Part shown: positions 29,000 through 42,054 of the stretch, piece by piece | Position numbering within the stretch: position 1 is the first letter of the stretch | Layout: each line of letters begins with the position of its first letter | Assembly (NCBI GenBank): GCA_964016885.1 | Contig: OZ024753.1 | Location: 27,156,001-27,220,000 of the forward strand | Origin: Eledone cirrhosa | Taxonomy: Eukaryota | Reading direction: 5' to 3' | Length of the DNA stretch: 64,000 nucleotides | Notes under the pieces: model-generated | The model's input: only the letters and a program-made list of their open reading frames with translations | Databases searched by the model: none | What the model was told of the DNA's origin: nothing | Program-made: the position numbers and the translations under genes

Positions 29000-29188
29000 G
29001 GCGGTGGATTGGCAGTATCGGTAGAGGGTCGGACGCCATGCTTTCCAGCATAGTTACGTCCCTTTTCGATCTGAGTTCAAATCCCGCCGAGGTTGACTTT
29101 GCCTTTCATCCTTGCGGGGTCGATAAAATAAAGTACCAGTAATGTACTGGATAATTGCTGGCCTTGTGCCAAAGGTAGAAACAATTAT
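29000..29188 (+). mobile_element. Full-length tRNA-derived SINE with TSD
   Basis: A-box-like TGGCAGTATCGG, B-box-like GAGTTCAAATCC and the conserved core. Flanking direct repeat ATTATATAAAAACA. Confidence 0.88.
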
Positions 29189-29458
29189 ATAAAAACACAC
29201 AAAACCATTATATAAAAAATTAATACCTAAAAAAAAAAAAAGAAAATTTTGGTATGTGAAGGGTAAGGCAAAAAATAGGGGGGAAAAAGAGGGGGGAAAA
29301 ATGACATAGGAAAAGGTTAAAATATAAGGGGAGATAAGGGAGAAAGAGAATACAAGAGTACAGAACGTGGATTCAGCAGGTAAAAAAACCGTAGTGGAAG
29401 TAAAGAGCAGGAAAGGAGTTCGTCATGCCTAGTCGTTTGTTTTTCCTACCACTATACT

Positions 29459-29515
<57 letters not shown>

Positions 29516-29885
29516 ATATAGATATATATATTATTTTAATTTATTTATATCTGTGTGTGTGTTGTTAGACACGCATCTTCATGCCAAAGGCTATGACTTA
29601 CAGATTTGTTCAGAGGAAGGCTGAAAGTAGTTTCTGATGTATATAATAAATTAATTCCTATACCTTGAGGTGCGTTACGTAAATTTTCTTAAATATTAAT
29701 TGTGAAATCTTACACTATCGTGTAAATTATTCAGAATATTTACTAACAACTAGACTGGGAGAATATACTCTCTTCTAACTGGTTGTTAGAAACGTGTAGA
29801 TACGTATGTTCTTTCCACAGGCTAGAATCCTGAATTGGATTAACCAAAAAGTGAACAAAATCTCCTTCAAAGCAGGGTACACACC

Positions 29886-29938
<53 letters not shown>

Positions 29939-30380
29939 GCAATCAGTAACGTGATCATTAGAAAACTAAGCAAAATCTATTGCGATATTTAGTTACGTTG
30001 TCAGTTTAAATGTAGGTAAATTCGACCTTGCCTTTTGTTTATTCTAACTTCAATAAAATATGTAATGGTCAATGTATTGCAGATGGTTTCTCACCATACA
30101 AATGTTAGAAATCAATATACAGAGTATTTTCAATGGACTAAGCAATCTAAATAACATTCTTAAAAGTTTTGCTATTAATTCAGACAACTTGATCGAACAG
30201 AGCAATGGTAAAAATGCATCCCCACTGTAACCATTCCATTTATATATATCTATGAATACTTCGTTTTTTAAAGATGGCAAGAGTATGAATTGAAGGATAT
30301 TTCGCTACATTATTTCACACCAACTTGATCGATCAGAGCAATGGTAAAAAGTCGTTCCCTCTGTGACGATTCCATTTATA

Positions 30381-30592
30381 CAGGGTGGGCCAAAAGTCAT
30401 TTCTTACCTATTTTCTTTAATAAAACATTACAAATTAACTCAAAACTAATTTTTTTATCTTTAGATTAAATTTCATAGTTGGATCTTGTTTTTATTTAAT
30501 TTTAATCTGAAATAAAAAAAATATATAATATTTTAATAATAAAAAAGATAATGAACTTTTTTAAAATAGGAAGTGACTTTTGGCCCACCCTG
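30381..30592. mobile_element. Tc1/mariner-type MITE
   Basis: 19-bp TIRs CAGGGTGGGCCAAAAGTCA / TGACTTTTGGCCCACCCTG, preceded by TA. An empty paralogous site lies in the adjacent duplicated repeat (~30240). Confidence 0.85.
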
Positions 30593-30854
30593 TCTATGTC
30601 TATGTCTATGTACTTAGTTTTTTAAAGGTGTCAGGGGTGTGAATTGAGGAATATTTCGCTATTATTTCTAGCTGGAGAAAGAAAATAATTCTGGCATTGG
30701 ATGTTTCCTTCTTGATTACTTAACGTAAAAGAGGGGAGCGTATCTGAAACACAGTCGGGGGTTTTTAATTAGTGTAAGAAAAATTAATTTAATTGGCGGG
30801 GGTGATGGGGATGGCGAAGGTCTCTTTCATTTTTGGTTACTCTAGTTACAAATT

Positions 30855-30911
<57 letters not shown>

Positions 30912-31161
30912 TAACATAATACTTTCGTGAACAGCTGCAACTGTTACTATTACATTAACAACAACAACAATAAGAAACAATCCAAGATTACTTCCCTCCC
31001 TCATCTTTCCGTTAGTTTCCCTATTCACTGACATTTCCTGTATATATTATAATATATAAGAATTTATGTGTATAATTTCAGTAAGAAACTCATGTTTTCC
31101 GCCTAAAGTAGTCAAATTTGTTAAAGTTCGTTACACCTCCACCAACAACTACCACCACATA

Positions 31162-31530
31162 CGAGGTTTGTTCAAAAAGTAAGAATACTGATGTTTTATT
31201 TAGATGTGTAGTTATCTCCTTCAAAATACGACACTTGGGAAGTCAGACAGTGGTTCCAGCGTTTTTTCCATTGATCGTAGCAGTACTGGAAGTCATTTTC
31301 CATGAGTCTCCTTAGCTCGTCGGTTAAAATTTTTGTATGTTTTCCACAGTCCCAAAATGATGACCCTTCAACTTCGATTTCAACTTAGGGAAGAAGTAGA
31401 AATCATAGGGAGCTAGATCTGGTCTGTATGGAGGATGTGGAAGAGTGGGAATGTTTTTATTTACTAGAAATTCTCTAACTGAAAGTTTGTGGGAGTAGGC
31501 ACGTTATCGTGGTCGAATACCCAATATCCT
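31162..31530 (-). pseudogene. mariner transposase C-terminal relic with one TIR
   Basis: HDN...VREFLVNKNIPTLPHPPYRPDLAP / DFYFFPKLKSKLKGHHF...WKKRWNHC...YFEGDN, and terminus ta-CGAGGTTTGTTCAAAAAGTA. Confidence 0.85.
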
Positions 31531-31605
31531 GCAATGTGCTTTTGGAATCGTTGGACTTATCCAAGAAATTTGGCTCAGTTTCGAGTCTTTCTAGCTAATC
31601 CTAAT

Positions 31606-31773
31606 GTGAAGGATATATATGGTGGTGTTGTTTGGTTGGGAGTTTGACATGAAGGATGTATATGGTGGTGTTGTTTGGTTGCGAGTTTGACATGAAGGAT
31701 ATATATGGTGGTGTTGTTTGGTCGGGAGTTTGACATGAAGAATATATATAGTGGTGTTATTTGGTTGGGAACT
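31606..31773. repeat. Minisatellite, ~43-bp unit, nearly 4 copies
   Basis: TGAAGGATATATATGGTGGTGTTGTTTGGTTGGGAGTTTGACA repeated contiguously. Confidence 0.9.
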
Positions 31774-32219
31774 TATTTATTGACTTTTATTTGAAGATAA
31801 TGATTTTGTATGGGTTACTTTAGGTATAGCTGTGTGGGCGTTCTGGTTGATGCGATACATAAAAAATGTCTGTTTTTGTGATTAGAATTAAAAAAAAAAT
31901 TAACAAATGTTGATAAGTTTAATTTGTGAGTAAGTTGGGTAGTGTGTGAAAGGATATGATGGTAATTGAGCTGGCATAAAAGTTTGTTTCCGAAAATAGA
32001 GTTCAACAGAGTATAACGTTTCTTATTTATATAGATCACGGTAGGGGTTTCACGAGGAGAAAATATCTGAAGGGGTACACAATGACAATATTCATTAGTT
32101 GGATTTTTTGTTTGTTTTTGAGGAAATTAATTTTTAAGGGTGGTTGAATGAAGCATAGGGGTATTTGATGGGAGGAGAACGAAAATTTAACCCCGTCATA
32201 TATATATATAAATAAATAA

Positions 32220-32286
<67 letters not shown>

Positions 32287-33203
32287 CATACATATTTGTA
32301 GTTTATGTATAAAAACCTAAGAATTAAAGCATTTATAAACTGACAATTGTTTCTAAGCGTGTTGAGTTACGTATAACGAACTATTTTGTTTAATAATTCG
32401 CGACTAGTATGGCTCTCATGCATTGAGCTAAAAAACATCATGTAAATGAGTATACTTACCCCAATTAATATTATAATTATATTATAATATTAGTATCATA
32501 TATATATATTGTGTGGGTAGCAACACGTGTTAGTGTGTGTTGCTGCTGACTCTAGCAGAGCCCCAAGAAAACACGTCTACACAGTTCGGCTGTGATTATG
32601 TTATTATGTCTGATGAAAGGACAGGATAGTTACAGTTGACTAGTTTTTGATATTTATTGAACCAGAGTTTAACTGGAGTGAGTCCTAGATAAAAAAGGTA
32701 CAAAAAAACAAAAGCACCCACCCCACCAAAAACAAACAACCCCCCCCCCCCCGAAAATTTCTAACACAAACAAACAAAATCAAAAACCACAAAAAACTCG
32801 ATGGTCAACACTGGAATGCCTTTGATCAGAGATCCGCTTAACTAGGGCTAACTTGAGATCACACTACAACACCGCCACCACAACCAGTATAACCACCACC
32901 ATCACCACCACAACCATCACCATCACAACCATCACCCTCAGTATAACCACCACCACCATCACCCTCACCACCACCAGCTGACTGTGATATGTAAAATTGG
33001 GGTGTTTGATGTGTATTCTAAACCGGAAATGCTCCGGACCCTCAAAACATGAAGTACCCCGGGCCCCCAGAACCGGAAGTGCCCCGAACTTCCAAAGTTC
33101 TAAATTCAACTCTGCCTGTGTCCGTTTGTTTCAGTCTTAACACTGCCTCCATTAGTCCTCGTGTATCACTCTCTCATTACCTACTGACTTATCTTTTCCA
33201 TCA

Positions 33204-33392
33204 TTGGTTAATTGGCAGTATCGGTAGAGGGTTGGCCGCCATGTTTTCTAGCATAGTTACGTCCCTTTACAGTCTGAGTTCAAATCCTGCCGAGGTTAAC
33301 TTTGCCTTTCATCCTTACGGGGTCGATAAAATAAAGTACCAGTAATGTACTGGGTAATTGCTGGCCTTGTGCCTAAAGTAGAAACAATTATT
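33204..33392 (+). mobile_element. tRNA-derived SINE
   Basis: Homologous to 29000-29188. Confidence 0.85.
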
Positions 33393-33496
33393 GTCTCAGC
33401 TCTCTCTCTCACTCTCTTTATTTCCGTCTTACGCACTCTATCGTTTTAAAAGTATGTATGTATGTATGTATGTATGTATGTATGTATGTATGTATG

Positions 33497-33750
33497 TTTT
33501 CTCTTTCTCTTAATTTCGAGTATATTTTTTTGACCGGCCACCTTCCTGGTGGCAAGGTTGTAAAAGAAAAGAAATTGTCATCCCTTGAATCGCAAGAATG
33601 TTTTGCAAATTTTGAAGGTGCCAGCTATCGCAGCCATTTGCAGACTATGAATTAGGGAGCTGCGCTTTTTGTCCGCAAATCCAAGTTCAGTCATACTTGA
33701 TGGTATCCAATGATGTTGACTTGTTTTTCTTTTTGGTAATTATCATCTTG
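33497..33750 (-). mobile_element. 3' end of an RLE-type (R4/NeSL-like) non-LTR element
   Basis: Minus strand ELGFADKKRSSLIHSLQMAAIAGTFKICKTFLRFKG* (LQxAAIxGTxxI terminal motif), then a short UTR and (CATA)n. Confidence 0.45.
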
Positions 33751-34101
33751 GTTAAGAGAGTGGGACTGGCTTTGTGCAGTGCCTTTGCTCACTATAAAAG
33801 CTTCACGGCACAGGCATTGCTTTATATCTGGAGATCTCTCTGCACTTGTCATCACATGGTACCATGGGCCCAGCACTATGTGTCAATAATTGTTACAAGT
33901 GTAGCGTTTGTACCAGAGTTTTCAAGTCGCTGGCTGGACTAAAAAGTCACACTCGTTCAGCGCATCGGTAGGGGTTCTCCTACATGGATATAAAGTAGTG
34001 GCCGTACTCGAAAACGAGTTGGCAGCCACCATGTATGTATGTATGTATGTATGTATGTATGTATGTATGTATGTATGTATGTATGTATGTATGTATGTAT
34101 G
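33751..34101 (+). mobile_element. Short non-autonomous RTE-type derivative with an (ATGT)n tail
   Basis: Terminal C2H2 finger YKCSVCTRVFKSLAGLKSHTRSAHR* and tail GTACTC..GAGTTGGCAGCCACC(ATGT)n. Confidence 0.55.
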
Positions 34102-34483
34102 TCAGGTCGCTCTCGAGTGCTACTGGTAACATGTAACCCAGTATAACCTGTCTCATGGTCGGGTCGTCGGCGACTAAACCGGCAACCCCACCAAGATTGC
34201 TTGGACACCCTGCGGGATGAAATACAAGAGCCGGCAGAGGGCGGGGGGAACTCAGCAGAGTCAACGATTGACCAGTTCTCCTTTTCGGGTAGTGTTTTCG
34301 ATGCTCAGAGAGTGGGATTGGTCGAGTGCAAGGCCTTTCCCCACTTAAAAAAACATTCAAAGCACAGGCATTGCTTGGTCAGGATCTGTTACAGGTTTGT
34401 GTGACTGGTCGTAGCCTAAAAGTGCACCAAACTCTATAATCCTCCAAGCAATTTCAGTACTCTTAGCAGAGTTTGCAGCCATC

Positions 34484-34516
<33 letters not shown>

Positions 34517-34555
34517 TGTATGTATGTATGTATGTATGTATGTATGTATGTATGC
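34102..34555 (+). mobile_element. Second related non-autonomous RTE-type derivative
   Basis: Shares AGAGAGTGGGA...GCCTTT..CACT.AAAA...GCACAGGCATTGCTT and GTACTC..GAGTTTGCAGCCATCAT(ATGT)n with 33751-34101. Confidence 0.5.
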
Positions 34556-34806
34556 ATCTATCTATCTGTCTATTCTAACACCTTTCTGTCACGGCATGGA
34601 ATTCAAACTCCCTTCCACCAAAATCCCAGCCCACACTATTCTTTCCTTACACTAGGGTCAATTAAAACAACTAATTGGTTCCACCTTCTCCAGTTCACTT
34701 CTATAATAATTATCTATGCAAACTAATGTATTTCGCATGTGAAAAACAACATCGCAAAACAACAAACATAACCCCTCTTCCCGCACCGAACCTGCTATGT
34801 ACATAC

Positions 34807-34846
<40 letters not shown>

Positions 34847-36056
34847 CAGTGAGAAAGAAAAATAGATAGATAGATAGAAAATAAGTAATAAATAAATAAA
34901 TAAATAAACAAATAAATAAAGAAAGAAAAAAGAAAGAAAAAAGTAAAAGAAGAAAGAAAGATAGTAAGGAAAAAGAAAGTGTTACTTCTCCGAACGTCAA
35001 CATACATTCCACACTGTTGCAAAACTGAGCTGGCACATTTGAAATATGCAACAGTTGGTCAGGCAGAAAGAAAATAAACTTCTTGAATTTCGAAGATTTC
35101 AATTACCAATTACTGATGCCATAAAGCATTTATTTACTTCGACGTGAGGAAAAGTTTTCAAATATATTTGGGTAAACAGGGTAGACTTAATCTGTCACCC
35201 GGTTATAACACCACAGGCTGACTCTTAACTGTTTCTCGGAGCCCATTCTGTTGCAGATATTTGGACCAAGCCTCCGGTTAGAAGACATCTTCATTCACCC
35301 CCCTCCCCAATCAGTCTCAGGCGCCCTGAAAAGGATACAACAGTATAACAAGCCACAGATGAACTCTTAAGAAATGCATACATAGGAATTCCCAATGTTT
35401 GTCACAAGTATGAAAATACACTCTTGATAGGTGCAATGTGTCTGAACACGGAAGAGCCGAATTCCCACCGTCATAACCCCCATCTCTCTCGCCCTTCCCA
35501 TCTCTCTGTATAGTGAGCAGATGGGGTCCCACGTGCTGACCGCTCCAAAGCTCCTGCGGACAGAATGGAGAAGGCGTTTCCCCGGAGCATGGTAAGGGAG
35601 ATGAGCTGGAACAGCCATTCCATCTCGCAGTCATATAGTGATGCGAGCTGGAATGGTTCTTCCAGCGCATTTCTCTCACAGGCTTGTCACCTCTCTCCGC
35701 CCGACGGGGAGATCTCAAACCCACTTTGGGGTGGGTAAGAAATGTCTTGTGAAAATAGGTATAGCTTTCATTATGTAAAATTTCCCCATTTTGCCTCATT
35801 TCTCCCCGTTTTAGAGCACTAATTTTCATTGGGTTATTAGAGGTTGCAGTATTATTGGTCTCACGTCTCCACTAGTCTAAAATGATTATCTCAAGCACAA
35901 CATTAAAGCCAGTCCAGACAGTGGAGATAACAAAAGCTAACTAGGTTTGTCACTAAAACAACTCAAACTATGACTAAACATGTCACGCCTAATTTCTCTC
36001 CCGTACCACATAATTATCTGGATATTTTAATTGCATCCTTTGATCTCTTCTACACT

Positions 36057-36161
<105 letters not shown>

Positions 36162-36204
36162 GTATATATATATATGTATATATATATATGTATATATATA
36201 TATG

Positions 36205-36298
<94 letters not shown>

Positions 36299-36815
36299 TA
36301 TATATATACATACATATACACACATATATACATACATATATAAAATAGTTGTTTAGACAAGTTGATAACACAACCACATATATGATTGTGTTACACACAC
36401 ATATCTGTGTATGTATGTGTGTGTATCTATGTATATATATAAAATAGTTTAAACAAGTTGATAACGCAAATACCCCCCCCCCCTACATATATATATGTGT
36501 GTATCTGTATATGTATCTATGTGTGTACATACAGTATATGTATATATATGTGTGTGTACGTATATATATATATATATATATATTTATTTGTGTGTGTGTG
36601 TACGTACATATACCTGTATATCTTGTTTTAACAATCTTTTTGTGGCACCGTACGTTCGTAATATTCAAAATATTACTATCATTAACAAAACATTCACACA
36701 TACACACACATATACAAGTCTCTTAGACGTCGAACCTTCATCGAGAGACGAGGTGGAGTAAAGCCCATCGCAATAAATGATAAATGGTTGTTGAAAAAAG
36801 AAACAAAAAAAGTCA

Positions 36816-37170
36816 GCTATCATTTTTAAAGTAGTGGCTATGTCACTTACTTCTTTTTTCGGCAAAGGTAGGGAGAGAAGCTGACAGATTTTTGCTGGAC
36901 CGGCAATCGCTCTGTATAATCAGTTCCTGATTATTACTGGAATTCTATAAGAATCCAGCCTCTATAATTTTCGGCAAAGGCGCCGAGTGCGATGCTCTGA
37001 GGATCACCAGCAGTGTGAAACAGAATCTTTCAGCTTCTCTCCCTTCCTTTGCCGAAAAAAGAAGTGACATAGTCACTACTTTAAAAATGATAGCGCAAGG
37101 TCTTCAAAATGTTTTTAATTAAACATACGGTATATTGCCAAATATACTATACATACATTCATGTATACAT
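36816..37170 (+). mobile_element. Family C HHR element with a short inverted arm
   Basis: Inverted arms 36816-36890 and 37025-37094. The tail GGTCTTCAAAATG.TTTTAATTAA.CATA..GT.TATTGC.AAATA.ACTATA.ATACATTCAT matches 18641-18704. Confidence 0.7.
36994..37034 (+). ncRNA. Type I hammerhead ribozyme (family C, C3-G8 core)
   Basis: GCT-CTGAGGA-tCAC cagca GTGt-GAAA-CAG aat CT(T)-TC-AGC. The inverted arm preserves CTG-TC (GUC triplet). Confidence 0.65.
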
Positions 37171-37448
37171 CGCTATTTCAGAGCACCAATCCTAATTTAT
37201 ATATAGGATTATTGAGTTGGGTAAGATCGATACAGATCGAACCTTGAGCTTATCAGTGGCGAAACGCGCGTTACCTACCAATAAATGTAATGAAGGAGTA
37301 ACCAATCGTTCTTGTTATCCTTTCAATATATTACACTCTGTATAGTTCTACACCTCAACACAGCAGCGAACCTAAACATCGAGTGCCCACCCGGGTGAAC
37401 CTGCAGTAACTCCAAGTTACACTCCCTATATATATATAGATAAAAGAA

Positions 37449-37485
<37 letters not shown>

Positions 37486-37514
37486 AAAATTTATATATAT
37501 ATATAAAAAAGAAA

Positions 37515-37573
37515 ATTCTTGCTCTTGTGTTGGTATGCGAACAGTGTTGGCATGCCAACACAAGAGCAAGAAT
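37515..37573. repeat. Hairpin with ~24-bp arms
   Basis: ATTCTTGCTCTTGTGTTGGTATGC ... GCATGCCAACACAAGAGCAAGAAT, next to TA-rich repeats. Confidence 0.85.
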
Positions 37574-37650
37574 GAAATGTTCATTCTACTGACATGGCTA
37601 TAAAATTGAGGCTTGTTTGCAAAATTGCAAACGACGCGAATGTTATTATT

Positions 37651-37773
37651 ACTGAGTTCAAATCCCGCCGAGGTTAACTTTGCCTTTCATCCTTACGGGG
37701 TCGATAAAATAAAGTACCAGTAATACACTGGAATAATTGCTGGCCTTGCGCCAAAAGTAGAAACAATTATTAA
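37651..37773 (+). mobile_element. SINE, 5'-truncated
   Basis: B-box through tail is homologous to the other copies. Confidence 0.8.
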
Positions 37774-37946
37774 TATTCGAAAAACTCAGATTAGATTTAT
37801 TATATATATGTAGGTTTGTATGTATGTATTTACATGTTGGAAGAGGGTGTAAGAGTGGAGTTTGAGAGGGGGGAATGAGAAAGAGAGAAATGGAAAAGGA
37901 GAGAGATAATGAGAAACTTAGAGATATATATGTCTGTATAATGACA

Positions 37947-38831
37947 TAAAAAATGGGCACCCAAATAAAAAAACGGACCTCCCCATAAAAAACGGACACC
38001 CAAATAAAAAACGGACGCCCCCTAAAAAGCGGCACCCAAATAAAAAACGGGCACCCAAATAAAAAACGGCACCCCCATGAAAAACGGCACCCAAATATAA
38101 AACGGACCCCCCCCATAAAAAACGGGCACCCAATTTAAAAACGGGCACCCAAATAAAAAACGGACCCCCCCATAAAAAACCGGCACCCAAATAAAAACGG
38201 ACCGCCCCCATAAAAAACGGACACCCAAATAAAAAACGGCACCCCCATGAAAAACGGCACCCAAATATAAAACGGACCCCCCCCATAAAAAACGGGCACC
38301 CAATTTAAAAACGGGCACCCAAATAAAAAACGGACCCCCCCATAAAAAACCGGCACCCAAATAAAAAACGGACCCCCTCCATAAAAAACGGGCACCCAAA
38401 TAAAAAACGGACCCCCCCTATAAAAAACGGGCACCCAAATAAAAAATGGAACCCCCCATAAAAAATGGGCACCCAAATAAAAAACGGCACCCAAATAAAA
38501 AACGGACCCCCTCCATAAAAAACGGGCACCCAAATAAAAACGGACCCCCCCCCCATAAAAAACGGGCACCCAAATAAAAAACGGACCCGCCATAAAAAAA
38601 CGGACCACCACCCACCCCCAAATAAAAAACGGACCCCCCCCATAAAAAAATGGGCCCTCAAATAAAAAAACATAGCCCCCCCCCAAAAAAAACGGCCCCC
38701 CATAAAAAACGGGCACCCAAATAAAAAACGGACCCCCCCCCATAAAAACGGGCACCCAAATAAAAAACGGAACCCCCCATAAAAAACGGGCACCCAAATA
38801 AAAAACGGACCCCCCACCCCCAAATAAAAAA
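37947..38831. repeat. Minisatellite of alternating ~19-bp subunits (~38-40-bp dimer)
   Basis: (CATAAAAAACGGGCACC-CAAATAAAAAACGGACCCCCC)n, flanked by the direct repeat CTGTATAATGACA. Confidence 0.9.
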
Positions 38832-40818
38832 CTGTATAATGACAATTGTAGTGTCAGCAGCTGTGGTTCTTAATGAAAGCTACAATTATAGAATGTATTC
38901 CTTTAACTTATATCTGTCTGTTCGTATATATTAAATTGTCGACATGGACATATTTCACTGCGAGTCGTTCACCGCCTTCTGCCTAGTTGTTTAGCTACAC
39001 ATCTATCCATTGCCGCCCATTATACAGAAGATATCTGGTACATTGATAAGACTGAAAAAACGGAAAAGATCGTCTGCCTCACCTTGGTGTAACTGGTTAA
39101 AGCACGAGCCTCCCGTTATGAGTGGAGTTTGAATCGTAAGGGTGACGTTGTTCACAATTTTTCCGTCACCAGGAGCTTGTATGCCTGATTTGTTAGTAGT
39201 AAAAAAAGAAAAAAAAAAGGAACATATAATATCTGCGTGGAAACTTCTATATCTAAGTTTATTTCAGTAAAATAAATTGTTAATAGTTTCTAACATAGGT
39301 ACACGGTCACACATACTGGGCTAGACTCCTGTTCTTAACTGGTGCGAATTTTATTGACTTCAGGATCAAACACAAAATTAGTCTCGTAGGGATTTGAATT
39401 TAGAAGTGAAAAATAAGCTCGTAAATACCACAAATAATTTTGTCCAACCAACCCACGTAGTGATTTTTGAGAACCACCACCTTCTGTAGATAATAACAAT
39501 GATAATTCGCTCTGTGAACAGATAAATGCTAAATAACTTAAAAATGAGCAAAATAACCCTCTCAATCCTACAATGAAACTTTGATCTAAGTAAGGTCTTA
39601 TAAAAAAACCGCACAATATTTAAAAAAATGATTATTAAGAATAAAAAGAAAAACAATCTTTATGGAAATAATTTTTTGCTAACATTTCATTTTTGTAGCT
39701 TTTGAGTGACACCTTGACAACAAGCTCTGGCAATATATGAAGGGTTAAAAAACCCTGCGTAAATGTCAATGGTAAAAATATGTCTTTTAATGCTGTGAAT
39801 AAATAACAATTCCTGTTAATTCTTGGTGGGTAAAGGTCAAAAAATAACTTAATTTCTGTGTCAAAAGCAATGAAACATTTTCATATAAAAATGTATTTGA
39901 ATAAAAACGAAATATTTTTATACAAAAAAAAAACACCAACGAAAACATTTAAGGGAAAAAATTTAAAGGAAACTTGTATGAATTCTTTTTTTATTTACCC
40001 ATTCATTGATCTTTCGTTTCATTTCTTTAATTTTAGGTAATTGTTTTTGTTTATACTTCAAATTCTGCTCATTAAAGACTGGACTATTCATATTTTTTAG
40101 ACTGTACCTAATGACATTAGTATTTTTAAAATCAAGCAAATCTAGATCTTAATTCATCTCTTTGAAGTCTGATGCTTATTGGTTTGTTTGTTCTTGTGGT
40201 GCCGATAAAAAAAAAAAAAATGGAACTAAAATGTATAAGCTCTATGTTAACTCAGATAAAGCAGAGCTTTGATCAAAGACAATCTAGCCGTGACCATCGT
40301 TTTTCCAGACATGATGGTTTCTGGAGTCACATTATCCATTGCATCATTTCATTTTTTTTTTAAATGGAAGACTTTTATTTGAGAGATTTTAGCTGCTATT
40401 GCTAGCAGGTCGAGATACCACGCAAAGGCTCTCTTGTAACCGAAGCAACTATTTGTGTCGTAACACCGCGAATCTAAACTATGTATACCACCTGTTTGAA
40501 CATACTATTTAGTTTCAATTCCTAGTTATAACTAATTCATTTCATGTGTACCAATAATTTAATAGAAGAAAGCTTAATTGCCTCTCAATATTTTCCCTTT
40601 TTCTATGAAAACGTGACCCTTAGAAATACTTATTTTGTAGTCACATGATGAGTGTCATCTTGAAAAAGATTATTAATGAAGAGAGATCGCGATGCAGTTT
40701 TGGTTCTTGGTTGTAATCATTTCCGTTCAAAATACTGTTTGATTAAGCTTGAATGTCAAAACTTCCGATTTCACCATCCACTAAAGACATCATATTTCAT
40801 CTGTAGAAAAGGGATTAA

Positions 40819-41039
40819 CCCTTTACCATTTACATTACTCTATATTTACTATTGTATTTTTGTGTTAAAGTCTTTATCTTACATAATTATCTCACATAAT
40901 ATCGAAGCTACGAGATTTTGATGTTATTTATTTTGAGAACAATACCTTATCATTGGTATGAGTAACCATTTAGGGCTAGTTTGAACAGAAAGAGGGGAGA
41001 AAATCGTGGCCGGATATGGCGGGTTTAAATGCTAAAGTG
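40819..41039. mobile_element. piggyBac-type MITE
   Basis: TTAA|CCCTTTACCATTTA ... TAAATGCTAAAGTG|TTAA. Confidence 0.65.
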
Positions 41040-41760
41040 TTAAAGTGACTAGCACTTTATTGGAACCATCATTTAACTTATGCCACTAATGAACCAACCA
41101 CGCCACTTTCTTTGGTTTCTTGATTGTTAGAAAGCACAGCTAAATCTCACTAAATTCATACTCTATCGTCGTTAAAAAGGCAGGATAGAGGATAATGTTA
41201 TTCTAGATAAATTATGCTTTAGCAAATATAGACAGGATAGTTACTGTTGGACATATATGATCATAAAACCGCTGGATGAGAACTGACCTGGAATTTAACA
41301 ATAACCACCACCACCATCACATTTAAATTAACTTTAAAAAATGTAACATATATACAGATGTATCAAGAGGAAAATGTATTATTTCTAAAGTTGAGTTTAA
41401 TAATACGAAAAATTATAATCTTATTAACAATTTATACCACTCATAAATACCGTTGCTAAATATATTTCTCATTTCAGATGGAAAAGTGAGAGTAATCAGG
41501 ATCTTGTAAACCTTTACAGAAATGAACAAATATTGCAGTTTCAGGTATTCAAGCCAAGATTTTTTCTGGAAAAGGATTTGGTTCTTCACTTGATGGAGTG
41601 AGAGCATCCACCTCCTCATCATCATCAACACCGTTTTACGTCCATTTTTCCACGCTAGCATGGGTTAGATGAGTTGTTCTGTTGTGGGCAATGCCTGGCC
41701 AGGAGAGCATGTCTTGCTCATACAGAACTTATTTTGGCTTGGTTTCTACAGCATATATAA

Positions 41761-42054
41761 AATAATTGTTTCTACTTTTGGTACAAGGCCAGCAATTATC
41801 CCAGTGTATTACTGGTACTTTATTTTATCGACCCCGTAAGGATGAAAGGCAAAGTTAACCTCGGCGGGATTTGAACTCAGTCCATAAAGGGCCGCAAAGC
41901 ATGGCGTCCGACCCTCTACCGATACTGCCAATCCAGCATATATAAAATAATTGTTTCTACGTTAGGCACAAGGCCAGCAATTACCCAGTGTATTACTGGT
42001 ACTTTATTTTATCGACCCCGTAAGGATGAAAGGCAAAGTTAACCTCGGCGGGAT
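41761..42054 (-). mobile_element. Two tandem SINE copies
   Basis: Copies at 41761-41934 and 41946-42054. CAGCATATATAAAATAATTG is duplicated around the first. Confidence 0.85.

Noticed and set aside
34102-34200. Possible HDV-like ribozyme at the 5' end of the RTE derivative
   Set aside because: Only a P1-like pairing was found. P3/L3, P1.1 and J4/2 could not be assigned by eye.
35317-35829. 170-aa non-repetitive ORF
   Set aside because: No recognisable motif or splice support.
37200-37275. GAAACGCGCGTT resembling an HHR 3' half
   Set aside because: There is no recognisable CUGANGA-type 5' half or stem I. At most it is a decayed relic.
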